64,000 nucleotides of DNA. It comes from Lama glama. Its lineage: Eukaryota. Positions 1 to 13,036 of this stretch are shown in pieces; positions within the stretch are counted from its first letter, which is position 1, and every line of letters starts with the position of its first letter. A program made the position numbers and the translations under genes. The notes beneath the pieces were generated by a model, which searched no databases, was not told where the DNA came from, and was given only the letters and a program-made list of their open reading frames with translations. The stretch is from contig CM052818.1 in NCBI GenBank assembly GCA_028534125.1, forward strand, positions 560,001 through 624,000. The letters run 5' to 3'.

Positions 1-1379
1 GCCTGACTCCGCTTCCTCCCTGCGTGTGGAAGAGTGGCGAGGCCAGACAGTGCCGCGCTCGCTTACTCCTGGGGGCTTTTTCTCCAAGCCCCTAGGTAGA
101 GACCTAGAAATGGCTTACCAGCTTGGCAACCAGGACCTGTGGAAAACTTTTTTTTTTTAACCTAAGCAAAATTGGTTTAATTTGCTAGGACTAGAGCATA
201 TCCTAAGCCCAAATGGAAGTTTTAGTAGTATTTCGAAAAGCCTCACACATTAACACCATAGCAAATGAAACTAGAAGCTAAGGTTGGTGAGGGGAGAGGG
301 AAAAGAAATACTCGACCCAGAGCTCATGGCCTAGCTGAGCTGGCCGAGGCTGCAGGTTCGAGTCTTGCTCCCTGCTTCTTTCATGCCCCTCTAGAAGCCA
401 TGGCCCAGCTGGTGTCTCTGAGGCCGTGTAGAACGTGCTAAGATGGAGAGGACAGCAGAAGACGAGTGAGGCATCCAAACTGCTGGGAAAGACAGCGTTA
501 GCATCTCTTCCTGTGCGCCACTGAAAACCTATTTCCATATTCCTCCTAGAGCTCAGGGTGCCAGCAACAGTGATCCCAATTGAGAGGGCAGTCGACCCTC
601 TCTGGGTCCCACAGGGCCTGGTAGGTGGGGGAGGCCTCTGCACCCAGCCCAAACTTGTTCAAGCCAGCAGAGAAGGACTTGGCCCAGGGGCCACACTCAA
701 GGGAAATGGTGCAGCGCCTTGGTGGCTAGATTTTTCTCACCCTTTATCTTGATTCCTTAGAGAGCAGTAAAGGCCAGGGGAGGGTATGGGCAGGGGACAG
801 AGAAAGGGTGGACTTCGAGTTCAACCTGGAAACCAATGGCAATATTCTTCTTCTCTTTTTTTTTTCCAAAATGGAAAATAAATTTTGGGTCTTTAAATAA
901 AAATAATTACATGCCCATTTAAAGAAATAAAAAAAAGAAATCAAATAATATAAAAATATATAAATTGGAAATTGAAAATCCCTGTATCTTCTCCCTCCCA
1001 GTGTAATCTCTGTTAACAATGTATACATGTCCTTCCAGACTTTAAAATGAGTACCTGAACTTACTGCCTTTCCTGCAGTAATGTGTTCAAACCATACCTC
1101 TTTTTTTGGGTAACCTTTTCTTTGCTCATACTGTGTTGAGGACACCTTTCCTTGTCATTACACTTATCTTAGCCTTATAAGTGGCGGTAGAGTCTTTCGT
1201 TTTATGGATTTATTGTGATTGTTTCCTATTGATGGACATTTACAGTTCCAGTTTTTTTGCAGTTGCAAATGATGTGGTAGTTTACGTATTTATACGTTTT
1301 TTTGCTATTTGTTCAAGTATTTGTACAGGACAAAGTCATACAAATGGAATTTTAATTAACACTGACAAATTACCCTCCA

Positions 1380-2400
1380 AAAGGTAATATGATAATATCT
1401 ATCAGATTCACTCTCCTAATAACACTGAATGAGGAATCATCAGCCTTTAAGTTTTTCCAGCTTGGTAGGTGAAAAAGGATATAGTATATTTTATTAGTGA
1501 ACTTGAGAATGTTTTGCATGTTAGACATTCTGCGTGTATTCTGTGTATTACCTATTATATCCATTACCCATTTTTAGTTAGATTGTCTTTTTATTGATTC
1601 ATAAAAGTGCTTAATATGTTATCAGTATTAACCTCTATTATAGTTTGAAAAAAATTTTGGCCTCTCATTTGTCTTTCATTGTGTCTATCAAATGGAAGTT
1701 TTATTTTTTTACGATCAGAATTCATCAGTATTTTTGTACCCAAGTTTTTACTTTATGGTATAGTTGTATTGTATATATTTAGATCTCTCTAAGCTGAGAT
1801 TTATTTTTGTATATGGTATCAGATAGGGGTTGAATTTTTCCCAAATAGAAAGCCTGTTGTCTCCAGTCTGTTTATTAAATATTTATTGTTTCTCAAATGG
1901 TTTATAATTCTACCTTAAGCATCCCGTAAATACTCATATGTTCATGGGCGAATGTTTTAGGGCCTTTTCAGTTCCGTTGAATTATTTGTCTGATTCTGTG
2001 TCAGTATTTCATTGTTCTAATTACTGCAGTTTTTATATAACAGTTTGGTTTAAACAAAAACTCATTTTTTCCACAACATTTCTTTGGCTTTTCTTTTGCA
2101 TTTCCTTTCCCAAATAAGCTTATAAACAACTTGTCAAGGTCTGTGGAAAATGCTGGGATTTTTCAGTTGGGATCACAAAGAATTTATAGATTATTTGGGG
2201 GAGAATGGACAGCTTTATAATGAGTTTCCCGTCCAGGGAATGGGAAGTATGTTTCTATTTATTCCTGTCCTTTTGCGTGTCCATCAAAGGTTTAAAGTTT
2301 TCTTCACGTGGGTCTTCACCCGTTTCTCGTTAAGTTTGTTCCTAGGGCACCTGGGCTCTGCTGCCGTTGCTGTGGATCAGGTCTCCCATTACACTTTCTA
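1380..2400 (-). mobile_element. Ancient degraded L1 (L1M-type) ORF2 fragment
   Basis: T-rich sequence with recognisable antisense L1 ORF2 phrases; boundaries approximate. Confidence 0.55.
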
Positions 2401-2573
2401 ACCTGTCGCGGCAGGTGCGTGAGAAATGCTCTGGTTCTTGTCAGCTGCTGTCTAACACCCGGGCAGCCCCTCGTTCTTACATGCTGGCTGAACCTCTCCA
2501 GCGACACTTCAGTCTTCAGCGCTTGGTATGAGTTCCTAGCGGTGAGGTGCTCATCTGACTCAGTTTTGAGGTT

Positions 2574-2674
2574 GGCAGGGTGTAGCTCAAGTGGTAGAGC
2601 ACATGCTTAGCATACACAGGGTCCTGGGTCCAATCCCTACTACCTCCTCTAGAAATAAATAAATAAGTAAACCT
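2574..2674 (+). mobile_element. tRNA-derived SINE (camelid Vic-1-like)
   Basis: A-box TAGCTCAAGTGGTAGAGC, degenerate B-box GGTCCAATCC, (AAAT)n tail; flanking 16-nt direct repeat tcatct(g/t)actcagttt at 2551-2566 and 2674-2689. Confidence 0.85.
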
Positions 2675-5242
2675 CATCTTACTCAGTTTCGTTCCCCAGT
2701 ACCTGGCACAAAGCCTGGCATGCAGTAAATCCTTTTAATAAATGCTGTGGAATCAAATTGATGCGCAGGACAATGAGCTTCAGCTCCTCAAAGTGTGACA
2801 GCCTAGGCCAACGTGGGGAGCAGAATGTAAAGCAGCCCTGGCGCCAAGCCTGGACGCTGCGAGCCGGGCAACAGGTGGGGCACCTGCGCTGCTCCCACAG
2901 TTAAGAGACGGTCCTGGGCCATGTTCCCACAGGCAGATAGCAGGGAGGAGCCTTTAAACCCACACCTCGTAATTACCCTGAGGCTGACAGCCCACTGATC
3001 ATTAACCCTCATTAGCACTAATAGGAAGAGCTGTGTTCTTGGTTCCCAGACACCTGCAGGCAGCCTAAAACACACACGTATCTGCAGCTGCTCTTTGGGG
3101 GTGAGGATTCATCACGGCTGGAAGCAGAGCTTGTAAGGCCACAGGTGATACTGACCCCACGGCTGTGCGCCTGGTCTCCTTTCTCGAAGGTAGTATCTGT
3201 CTTCTCTGTACTGTTCTCTTCCAGAGTCCATGGCCACCCCCCACCCCCCACCCAGGTGATTTCGTGGTGAAGTTTATTCCTGTGAAAGGGCTAATCCTCC
3301 TCACTGTGTTTGCATTTTAAGCTTTAACTTGTTGTTGGGGAATGAAAGACACCTTTTCTTGATGGAGCTGTCCAGTGCAAGCCACTCTGCCTTGCTCCCC
3401 TGCTGGTCTTCCCTTAACCGCAGGTCCCTGATCTCTGCTGCCTAGGAAGGCTTTATCCACCAGGACCAATGAACAAGGGACCCCTTATCCCTAGGGGGGG
3501 GGCTGGCTACAGACCTAGAGACGTGAGGATTGCTGCCTTTTGGCCTGAGTGAAAAGAAGGTGGGGGGGGTTGGATAAACTTGGCTTTTGCAGGTAAAAGA
3601 AATAGCAGTTAGAGGTGGGCTGTGAGCTGCTTCCCAGTCACTCTGTGACGCTGTGCATCTGGCTCACTGTGTCACCGTGTTGCGTCTGATTGCAGCAGGA
3701 ATGGTTCTCATTTAGCCTGTGGTCTGTGCTTGCCCTTGCCTTCAGTGTTCAGGGCACAGAAGAGATAGAACCACCTTCTCTGGCTCCTCTGCTAGTTCAT
3801 TTAAATCCCCTGGGAAACAGTGGAACCAGGGTACACCCCAGAGGTCAAGGAGGGAGGTAGAAGCACTGCTCTGGACCCCCCACCCCTCCGTGTCTTCCTT
3901 CCTCTCCCAGTGCCCACCTGGGGTGGGCGAGCAGCCCTGGGAGTGGGGAGGTCGCCATGGGTCCCCGCCTGGGCTGTCCTCAGGATGTCCTCAGGCTCCT
4001 CGTGGCAGCCACGGCTCTATCTCTGCCAGCTCTGGAGGAGCTGCCTTCTCAGGGTGCTGAGCAGAAACCCTTGACAGATGGGCCTCCGTGAACCCGTGGA
4101 GTTGCTCCAAGCGCCTTCTTGCAGAGCAGAGTGCGTTCTGGCAGTGAGGCTGCGATGCTGGGCTGCTCGGGCTTTGGCTCACCTGTTGGAGAAAGTCTTT
4201 TCCTAGCCCTCCCCCAACTCCCCACCCCACTTGTCACCTCTTTCAAGAGAATGGGCACTGACCACTGACAGGTGGAACCTGCGTGTGCACGTGGTGGGTG
4301 GAAAGAGACTGCTGTTCCCTGTTCACCCAGTTTCTGAACTAGCCAGGACTTCCCCCTTTTTCTGCACTCACCCTCACTCCCATAGGGTTGTTGGAGGGGG
4401 AGTTCTCAAAGGGTAGCTCAAAGACCAGCCGTGTCTGAATCCCCTCCGTAGACCCCAGGATTGCTATTTGGAGGTGGGACTGGGACTTTGGGGCTAGCTT
4501 CCAATGGGTGATTGCTCTTCTCACAGGAGTTTGAGAACTGCTGGTCTGTGCAGTAACGTAAAGGGGGCTGTTTATTCGGGGCTCCCAGTGCTGGAGGACT
4601 GAAAAGACATATCTTTAAGTGCTGTGATGGTTTGTGAAAAGGTCAAGCATTATGCAAACACATAGGGAAAACCAAGAGAGACTAAGTGTAAAAGCTATTA
4701 AATTTCAAATAAGATCAAACTCTAGGAAAGAGTTAACTTTTTTGTTGTTATTACAAAGAATGCCAATTCACTGTAGAAAAATCAGGAAGTTCAGGTAAGC
4801 AAATAGAGAAAATAAAACATCTGTAATTTTACCACTCAGAGATAGCGCTCGTTAATATCTTTACAGCTTTTACTATTTTATAACCTTTTAATAACAATCA
4901 TCTTTTTAAAAATTTAAATGTCTTCATTGCTTTTTAATCCCTGATTATGAAAATGTTTATAAGCTAATTTTAATTGGTATAAAATTGGTATAAAATGTTT
5001 TGATTTGCACAGTTTTTATTACTGTATTTAGTTGTGATCTATACTTTGTGACTATATTTCGCTTTGTCTTTGTGTGTTTGTTTTAATGAATTCATAAGAG
5101 AACGTTATACATTAGTGGTATTACTGCTTTATCATACCTTGGCAAATATTACAAATGTCTTTTAATTTTTTTTGCAAGTCTGTTCCTGTAATCTTTATTT
5201 TATTCCGTTAATATATGTCTGTCCTCACCCCAGAACCACAGT

Positions 5243-5660
5243 CTTTTTTTCTTTTTTTTCTTTTTAAATTGAAGTGTAGTTGATTTGCAGTGTGAGTTTC
5301 AGGTGTACAGCAGAGAGATTTAGTTGTTCATATACTTACGTGTATTTTTTTCAGATTCTTTTCCATTATGTGTTATTACAAGAAATTGAATATAGTTCCC
5401 TGTGCTATACAGTAGGTCCTTGTTGTTTATTTTTTATATAGTAATGTGTATCTGCTAATCCCAAACTCCTAATTTATCCCTCCCCTGCCCTTTCCCCTTT
5501 GGTAACTATAGTTTGTTTTCTATGTCCATGAGTGTATTTTTGGTTTGTAAATAAGATTTGTATCACCTTTTTTTTTTAGATTTTACATATAAGCGACATC
5601 GTATGATATTTTTCTTTCTCTGACTTACTTCACTTAGTATGATAATCTCTAGGTCCATCG
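5243..5660 (-). mobile_element. 5'-truncated L1 3' UTR, same lineage type as the L1 at 46150-50066
   Basis: Poly-T head; the reverse complement matches the 3' UTR at about 49650-50045 in this window. Confidence 0.9.
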
Positions 5661-5677
5661 TGTCTTTGTACATTTCT

Positions 5678-5834
5678 TTTTTTTTTAAATTATTTATTTA
5701 TTTACTTATTTTTTTGTTGGGGGAGGTAATTAGATTTATGTATTTATTTATTTAGAGGAGGTCCTGAGGATTGAACCCAGGACCTTGTGGATGCCAAGCA
5801 AGCACTTTACCTCTTGAGCTATACCCTCCCCCAC
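5678..5834 (-). mobile_element. tRNA-derived SINE (Vic-1-like)
   Basis: Reverse A/B boxes (gattgaacccagg...tgagctataccctcccc); perfect 14-nt TSD ctttgtacatttct at 5664-5677 and 5835-5848. Confidence 0.9.
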
Positions 5835-8800
5835 CTTTGTACATTTCTGATATTTGTTTATGTTTCCTTTTTAAAATGATCAGCCTCGCCAGAAGTTTAC
5901 ATATCTTACTGGCCTTTGGAGAGCCATTAGATTCTTAGATTCATTATAGATACGGCTGCCTTTTGTTTTCTCATCAGCTGTTTCTGTCTTTATCTCTGCT
6001 AATTCCCTTTTCTTGTCTTTTATTTAGATTTTATTTTCTAGCTTCTTGGATTGAAACCTTTATTTTCTTTCTTACTTAACAAAAGTATTTATAGAAGCAT
6101 GATATTTTCTGTTAATAGCTATTGTTTTCATTGGTACTCATTAATCTTCAAATCTGTTAATTATGACTTTTTTCCTCACAGAAACAATTGTTTTTATACT
6201 CATCAGATTACATATTAATGATGTTTAAAGTATGTACCCACCATAAGAAGTACAGCTAGCATAAACAGATTGGAAAGAAACGTCATTGTGATTTTGACTT
6301 TTTCTCCCCTTGACTCTGGCGTTATTTAGGAGGCTTACTTAGGACCTGCAGATGTGTTCCTTTTGGTCAGAGAGGGCTGTGCTTCCTGTCAGCGCGGGTT
6401 GTGGTCCTGTGCTCCACGTGGGCCCGCATGTTCTGTTGGAGCCGGTGCGTGTGTGTCGCGGAAGCTTCGGGTTAGCCCTCTGCGGGCTGCTCTGTGTGTG
6501 TGGAGGGAGGGGGTCTGGGAGAGGGTGGGGGCCCCTGTTCTGAGTCTCCTGCTCCTCCAGCCAGCCAGCCCGACACTGCCCACTGCCCGGGTATCCCCTT
6601 TCTTACTTGCTTTCTGCTCTGCGGTTCCCATCCATTGCCTGGGGTGGTGACTGGGGCTCACTGTCCCTCAGCGGTGGGGAGAGCTGGAGTCTGGGGCGAG
6701 GGGGACCTAGGGCCGAGACCCTGAGTTCTAGAGCCCTCCTGCTGCCGAGCAGCCGGGCTCGCCGGTTTCCTGTTCCTGGTCTGTAAATTGAGGATGATGT
6801 TACCTTTTCACAGAAACTGGAAGAGTCTTGCAGATCATCTAATAACACAACTCTTCTAAAAAATATTTTTATTTTGGCGCAATTTCAGAGTTTCAGAAAA
6901 GTTGCAAGAATAAGTACAAAGAATTCTCTTCGCTCAGACTCCCCAGATGTTAACATGTTGCTACATTTGCCTTACTCTTTTCTATCTCTTTCTCTATAAT
7001 TTTTATTTGAACCATTTGAAAGTAAGTAGCAAATGTGATACCTTTTATTTCTAAATATTGAGTGTGGAGTTTCTAAAATCACATAAATAACCACAGTGCA
7101 GTGACCAAAATCAGGAAATTAACACGGATGCAACACTAGTTACTGACTTAATCTACAGACCTCGTGAGCACTAATAACATGAATCTACAGACCTTATTCA
7201 AATTTTGCCAATTGACACAACCTCTTTTGTAGGAGAAAAACCCCTAGATCACCTGTATTCATTGGTCAGGTTTTTTTAGTCTTCTTTAATCTGGAGCAGA
7301 TCCTCAGTTTTTCCTGACATTAAAAAAGAAATTATTTTGAGCAGGTAAGGAATAGTGAGACCCAGATAGATAAAGTGACTTGTCCAGTACAAGTCTTAGA
7401 AGAGCTGGGACTGGGAATCTGGTCCCTCTGCTCAGGTGCTCTCCTGGTCACATGCTCCTCCAGCTCCCAGTGAACACTTAGCTCCTGGGTCTTTATCATC
7501 AGCCAGCTCCTCAGGCAGAGAGGTGGGGCAGGGCCCAGTTCTCCAGGGAACTCCTCCTGTTTTCCTTTGCCCCTCTGTCCGCAGTGCCAGGCCGCAGCAC
7601 CCTTCCCCTAGCTGGTTTGGCGTCAGCCAGGGATCAAGGCCAGAGCTGGTGGGAGAGAGGGATTTTAAAACTGGTCCAGCCAGCATCACCTCGGGGCAAG
7701 TTACTTAACCACCTGGGCTTCAGTTTTCTCTTGCGTAAAGTAAAGGGTTATGAGGATGGAGAAATTAAAGCTCTTAGAACATGCCTGAAACATAGAAAGC
7801 ATTATATATATTAGCATTTCTCCAGCCTCTGAGTCAAGTAGGAAAAAAATAGGGGCAAGTATCTGAATAACTCACACTGAAACACTCTGATAACTGAAGC
7901 CAAATAAAAATATGCTTCTGTTTCTAACCAAACAAAAGAGCTGGTCTAGCCACTGCCACTCCCTCTTGAGAACGGCCTTGGGTAGGGCGTGGCTGGCGCT
8001 TTCTGCGGAATGACACCTCGGGTTGGGGGTGTGGGAATTCACCCCTCTTGGCCACTTCGGGGTTAGTGGCCTGCCAAAGTGGGAGCCTTGGCTATGTCCT
8101 GAGGCCGAGGCCGGGCCAGAGCTGGCGGGTCCCCTGCCCACCTGCCCCTGTCCTTGGGTGGAGGCTGTGCAGTGGTCATTTGCATTACAAGGGGGACACG
8201 TCACAGGTAACTGACTGTGAGGTTCTCTCGCAGCCCCTCTTACACTGTGGGTGTTAAACACTTGATTCTTGTTTTTTTCAACAAAATTTAACTTTTTAAG
8301 GGCATGCTAATTGCTTAATACACATTCTTGATCTTATTTGTTTTTATTTCACTGACTCTTTTGCGAACTCCCCTCTCCAACTTTTTTCTTTTAAATAATA
8401 AGGATCTTCTGAACCAGCCTACATTTCATGGGTTTATGTCAGTGGTTCTCAGTTTTGGGGATCTCAGCATGCACTGTCAGAGCTCATGGCCACACCCGCT
8501 TGCCGCTCCTCTCGGAAGTGACAACCCTGCTCTACTAAGGGGTCCTTCCCTTCAAAACTTGGCAGCGGATCGAGGGGGGGTGGTCTCCCCCTCTAGGCCA
8601 CCACCAGCTTCCCCGAGATGAGGCCTCCCTTGTTTTCACTTTCGTTTGTAACCCAGTGAGGAAGTAAAAGGAGTCATCAGTGCTTGTGTGAGGGATGTAC
8701 AAAGAAGAGTGTTTTCATGTTCCTGTCGTTCCTCTGTCCCTTTATCTCCTTCGGGGAGAGGGTCACCAGCTCAGCCCTTCCCTCCTGGAGCAAATGTTCA

Positions 8801-8861
8801 TTTTCTGCTCTTGTTTTAAAGCTTTTTATAGAGATAGAAACGAAAGTTTTCTCTAAAGGTT

Positions 8862-9262
8862 TTTTTTTTTAATTACAGTTTTATTGAGATATAATTTACA
8901 TAACATACAATTTATCCAATTTCTCCACTTAAAGTGTACAATTCAGTGGTTTTAGTATATTCACAGAGTTGTCCAGTCATCACCACTGTCTATTTAAGAA
9001 TATTTCCATCACCCTGAAAAGAAACTCTACCCACTAGCTTTCACTACCTTTTTACTTCCTCCACTCCCCTCAGTCTTAGGCAACCACTAATGTTTTTGTC
9101 TCTATGGATTTGCCTGATCTGGACGTTTCACATAAATAGAGTCATATAATACGTGGCCTTTCGTATCTGGCTTCTCTCACTGAACATAATGTTTTCAGGG
9201 TTCATCCGTGTTGTAGCATGTGTCAGTATTTCGTTCCTTTTAATGGCTGCATAATATTTCTC
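8862..9262 (-). mobile_element. Old L1 (L1MB-like) 3' end
   Basis: ttttattgagatataatt...aaagtgtacaattcagtggtttt...ggttcatccgtgttgtagcatg. Confidence 0.8.
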
Positions 9263-12200
9263 TGTAAAGGCAGACTAGAGACGTTCCTCCTAAGTTGTCA
9301 CCCAGATGAGATGGAACCCTCGTGCTCATGTGAGTGAAATCCTGCCTCTTGGTTATCAAGGTGGTTACCTGCAGCCTGTGGGGTTGGGAGAGTCCATCCC
9401 TTCAGCCGACCAGAGTCCTGGCTTAGTGCCAAGTTTTCCATCCCCGCCCTTGGAGGAATCACAAGCCTGGACAGAGGTGACATGAAGAGGGAAAAAACTA
9501 CCCTACAGTTACTGCGTGTCTTGAGAACCTAGCAAAACGTGAGAGTGCTAGACCTTCAACCTCGGGGGCCGTACATATGCGCAGATGCATACCAGGGACC
9601 GTAGAAAGCTTTGGAAGAAATGAAATTCTTGAAGTAGGTTAACACTATAGGAAAATACTTGTGATACGGCAAGAGGAGAAATTATTATTTTAAAAAAACG
9701 AATATACTCAGCGACCCCAATTTTGTAAATTAAGTGCATGTTGCGTAGGGGAGAGGAACTGTCATCCTTCCCAGGTGTTAACTGCGGTCATCTCGGGGAA
9801 GTGGGAGTTTCTTGCTTTCACCTCTTCATCCTCTGCTTTGCATGACAGACCTTCCTGTTCCTCCATCTCTCTGCATCTTCTGCTGAAACTGTTCTTTACC
9901 TTCCTTCTCATTCTCTTCTTAATGACCTTCCTGTATTCTCTTTGGTCATCCACCAGGGTTCCCCTGGCTCTATAATGAGTTTTAGTATGCCTTTGATACT
10001 CTATCAGTAATTACACAAAGGGCATCTTCACTTAGAGATAAGCTTACAGTTAATATCATTTTTCGTCGCTTTCATCGCATACTCAAAGCTGGAGTACAGA
10101 TTTATGCTGCCACACACGTTGTAGAGATAGTGGTACACTGCCCTAAAGGAACGTACCTTTGAATGGGATGCAAGACAAATCCAAACCTCTAAAAAGTCTC
10201 TGTCCATGAGGCAGGGACCGCTTCCTCACTGCTGTGTCCCCAGTGCCTGAAATGACACTCACATAGTAAATGCTCAATACGTATTTGTTGGGGGGGAAAT
10301 AAATGAATACATAATTATATATATGCAAATATATATATGGTTGTTAAAATGTACTGATAGCATCTATAGGTGAAGCTCCATAATTCTTTGGGGCTGCTAC
10401 AGCTATTTTCACTTATTTAAAGAACTACCTTCCCTCTCTTATCATTTGCATGCATATGGTACATAGTTGTAATCATAAATTCATGCAGTATGGTATTCCC
10501 CAACTTTTACTTCCCACTTTACCCAGTTTTTTTCCTTGGTGTTCATAATCTAAGGGTCTTGATGACTCTAATATCCCACTGAGTTGTATCGTAATTTACT
10601 AAGCTGCTCCCCTCACCCTGAGTTCTCAGTTTTTGCTAATGTGTAGAAAAGATTTTCTGAAGTGCAGGTTTATAAACCTAAATTCCTAGGAGCGGCACTG
10701 TCAGATGGAAGGGTCTTTTTTGCCCTTGACACGCTTACCTATTTGTTTACCTACGTGTTTACTGTTATCACTTAAACCAGAAGAGAAGATTGAAGTAGCG
10801 AATTAGAAGGCGCCCTGGCCTGGGAGCTGGGGGCTGGGGTTCCCGCAGGGCTCAGTGCATTGACTGATCCCCAGCTTGGTGTGCTGGGGTGAAAGCTGGG
10901 CTGGCCAGTCAGGGCGCCCCCTCCAGCTGTCCCCGTGAGAGGTAAGTGACGGGAAACTGAGAGAAGGCAGATCTGCAATACTGTGCAGAGGAGCCGTTGA
11001 CAGGACCAGGGTCTGCTTGCACATGGAAACATAAAGAGGAGGGCGTCAAAGCTGACGGAAGGTGTGAGCCAGGATACCCAGGAGAATGACTCTTCACGTG
11101 GCTTTTGAAAAAAGGAACGTCCAGAGGAGGAGTTGCTGGAAAAGGACAGGTGCCGAGTTAGGTTTTAAGTGTGTTGGATTGAAGTCGCATCCAAGTAGAA
11201 ACGTGTGCTAGTTGGAGAGCAGGCTGGGAGCTTGTGGTACAGTCCAGGAGAAAGGACGCTTCTGGGTTATTCGTGCCAGCTGAGCAGTGGAGCCTTGGGG
11301 TAGGTGAGGTTTCCAGGAGAGCTGAGAGGGTGAGGTTGGAAGGGTGGAGAGCAGCTCTGTGGAGGGGACGGAGGAGGACCAGGATCCAGCAGCATCACCA
11401 AAATCGAGGGAGGGAGGTGTGGGGATGGGCGGCAGAGTTGGGGTCTCCTTCAGGGAGGGAGGAGGATTCTCACTGCCTTTGCCCTCACCTCTGACCCCAG
11501 GGAGGAGAAATGGCTAAGCAGGGATCAAGGCTCCTGTTCCCTTTTTTTCCAACACTGAGGGCAGGACTTTCAGATGAACATGTACAAGAGCCCAAATTAC
11601 TGGCATCTTTCAGTTAATCGGGGCTAACAGACCTGTAGTGACTGCAGATACTGAGAGTTCACACTGAGATGCACGGTGTGATTTTCCCAGGGAGTTAGGC
11701 TGAGGAGAACTTGTTTTCACTCCCCAGTTTCCTGCCTTGTGGACACCACCAGACTTCCCTAAATGTCAGCTTCCCCCTTTTTCCATTTCCTAGCCCACTG
11801 TGTGAAGTCGGTCTTATGACTGATGGGTGGAGGCCCCTCTGCCAAAAACTACTTTTCCTCCAGCTTTTTGGGTAGTGGCTTAAAGATTCATTTCTTTGAA
11901 TGCAAAAAACTTAAGTCCTCTCGAGTCTTTGAAAAAGGAATGGATGGGGACAAACTCACTTAGCAGGGCTTCAAGTAAGAGGCTGAAATCCATAGTTATT
12001 GGGACTCTCCTGCACATGTGGGATCTCACTGTCTGAAAGACTAGAACCCCGGCAGCTAGGAGGCCATGGGCATCCACTGCCTGCTCCGATGTTAGACTTG
12101 GCCTTTGCCACTCACCAGTTCTGAACATTTGGAGTATGTTAGTTAACCTCTCTGTGCCTCATTTGTTCATCCACTAAAATGGATATTGGGTTGCTGGAAG

Positions 12201-12686
12201 GCTGGAAGAGGTTGTCTAAAGATGAAAGCACTTTCTTAATCCAGAGGTTAGCACTCAGCACCCAAAATTGTTAGCTGCTGTCTCATCACCATGTACCCTA
12301 GCGCTGGTGCTTTTGACCCACTGCACTGCCAGTAGGTTTTGTGGAGTTTGGGGCACCTTTGGGGAAAGTGCATGGGGCTCTTAGTCAAGGATTGGCTCTC
12401 TGTCAATGGTCTGTGGTGTTGGCCAAGTTTCTTACTTCCTTCACTTTTTAAACTTTGGGGGTAGGAGGTGGGTGGTGAGAACTGGGTGTGAGCAGCTGGG
12501 TGGGTGGAGCTATGGGCTGGCCCGGCCTGGCTGGGGATTGATGGGGGCTCTTCTGGCCGTGGGGCCGTGGGACGTGCACTGCGTGGCTTGGGCCATGGCC
12601 CCAGTGGCTGTGGGGCTGAGTGTGGGGTGTGCTCTGTGTGTGTGTGTGTTGTGTGCTCTGTGTGTGTGTGTGTGTGTTGGGGGGGG

Positions 12687-13036
12687 CGGGCCCTCTTGCT
12701 GTCTGGCTGAGGAGCCGCCTCTGCGTCCTGACCTGGTTCTCGCGTGCTGGCGGCCTCCGAGGCAGCTGCTGCTCCTTTCGCCAGGCCTCAGATGTGGTCG
12801 GCTCCATTTCCTCCCGCTGGCCTCTGGCCGTGCCGCCGCGGCGGCTGGAGGCCCGCGCTCGGCCTGGGGCTGGCTCCGCCCCGCCCCGCCCCGCCGCGCT
12901 GGCTCCGCCCCTGGCCCCGCCTCACCCCTGCGCTCCCGGGAGGGGAGGGGGTAGGAAGTAGCGGCTGGGGGAGAGTGCTGCCCGGCCAAGTCGTGGTGCT
13001 GTGCTGGGGGCTTATAGTCCCGAGCACAGCACAGCG
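12687..13036. promoter_or_regulatory. Small intronic CpG island with clustered GC boxes; candidate alternative promoter or enhancer
   Basis: About 30 CpGs in 350 bp counted by eye; tandem CCGCCC (Sp1/KLF) at 12876-12895 and 12905-12910; preceded by a (TG)n tract. Confidence 0.6.

Noticed and set aside
2574..2650. Possible tRNA gene
   Set aside because: It has an AT-rich tail, flanking direct repeats and four related diverged copies in the window, so it is a SINE.
8178..8185. Octamer motif ATTTGCAT (another at 10444-10451)
   Set aside because: Isolated 8-mers are expected by chance in 64 kb; no supporting context.
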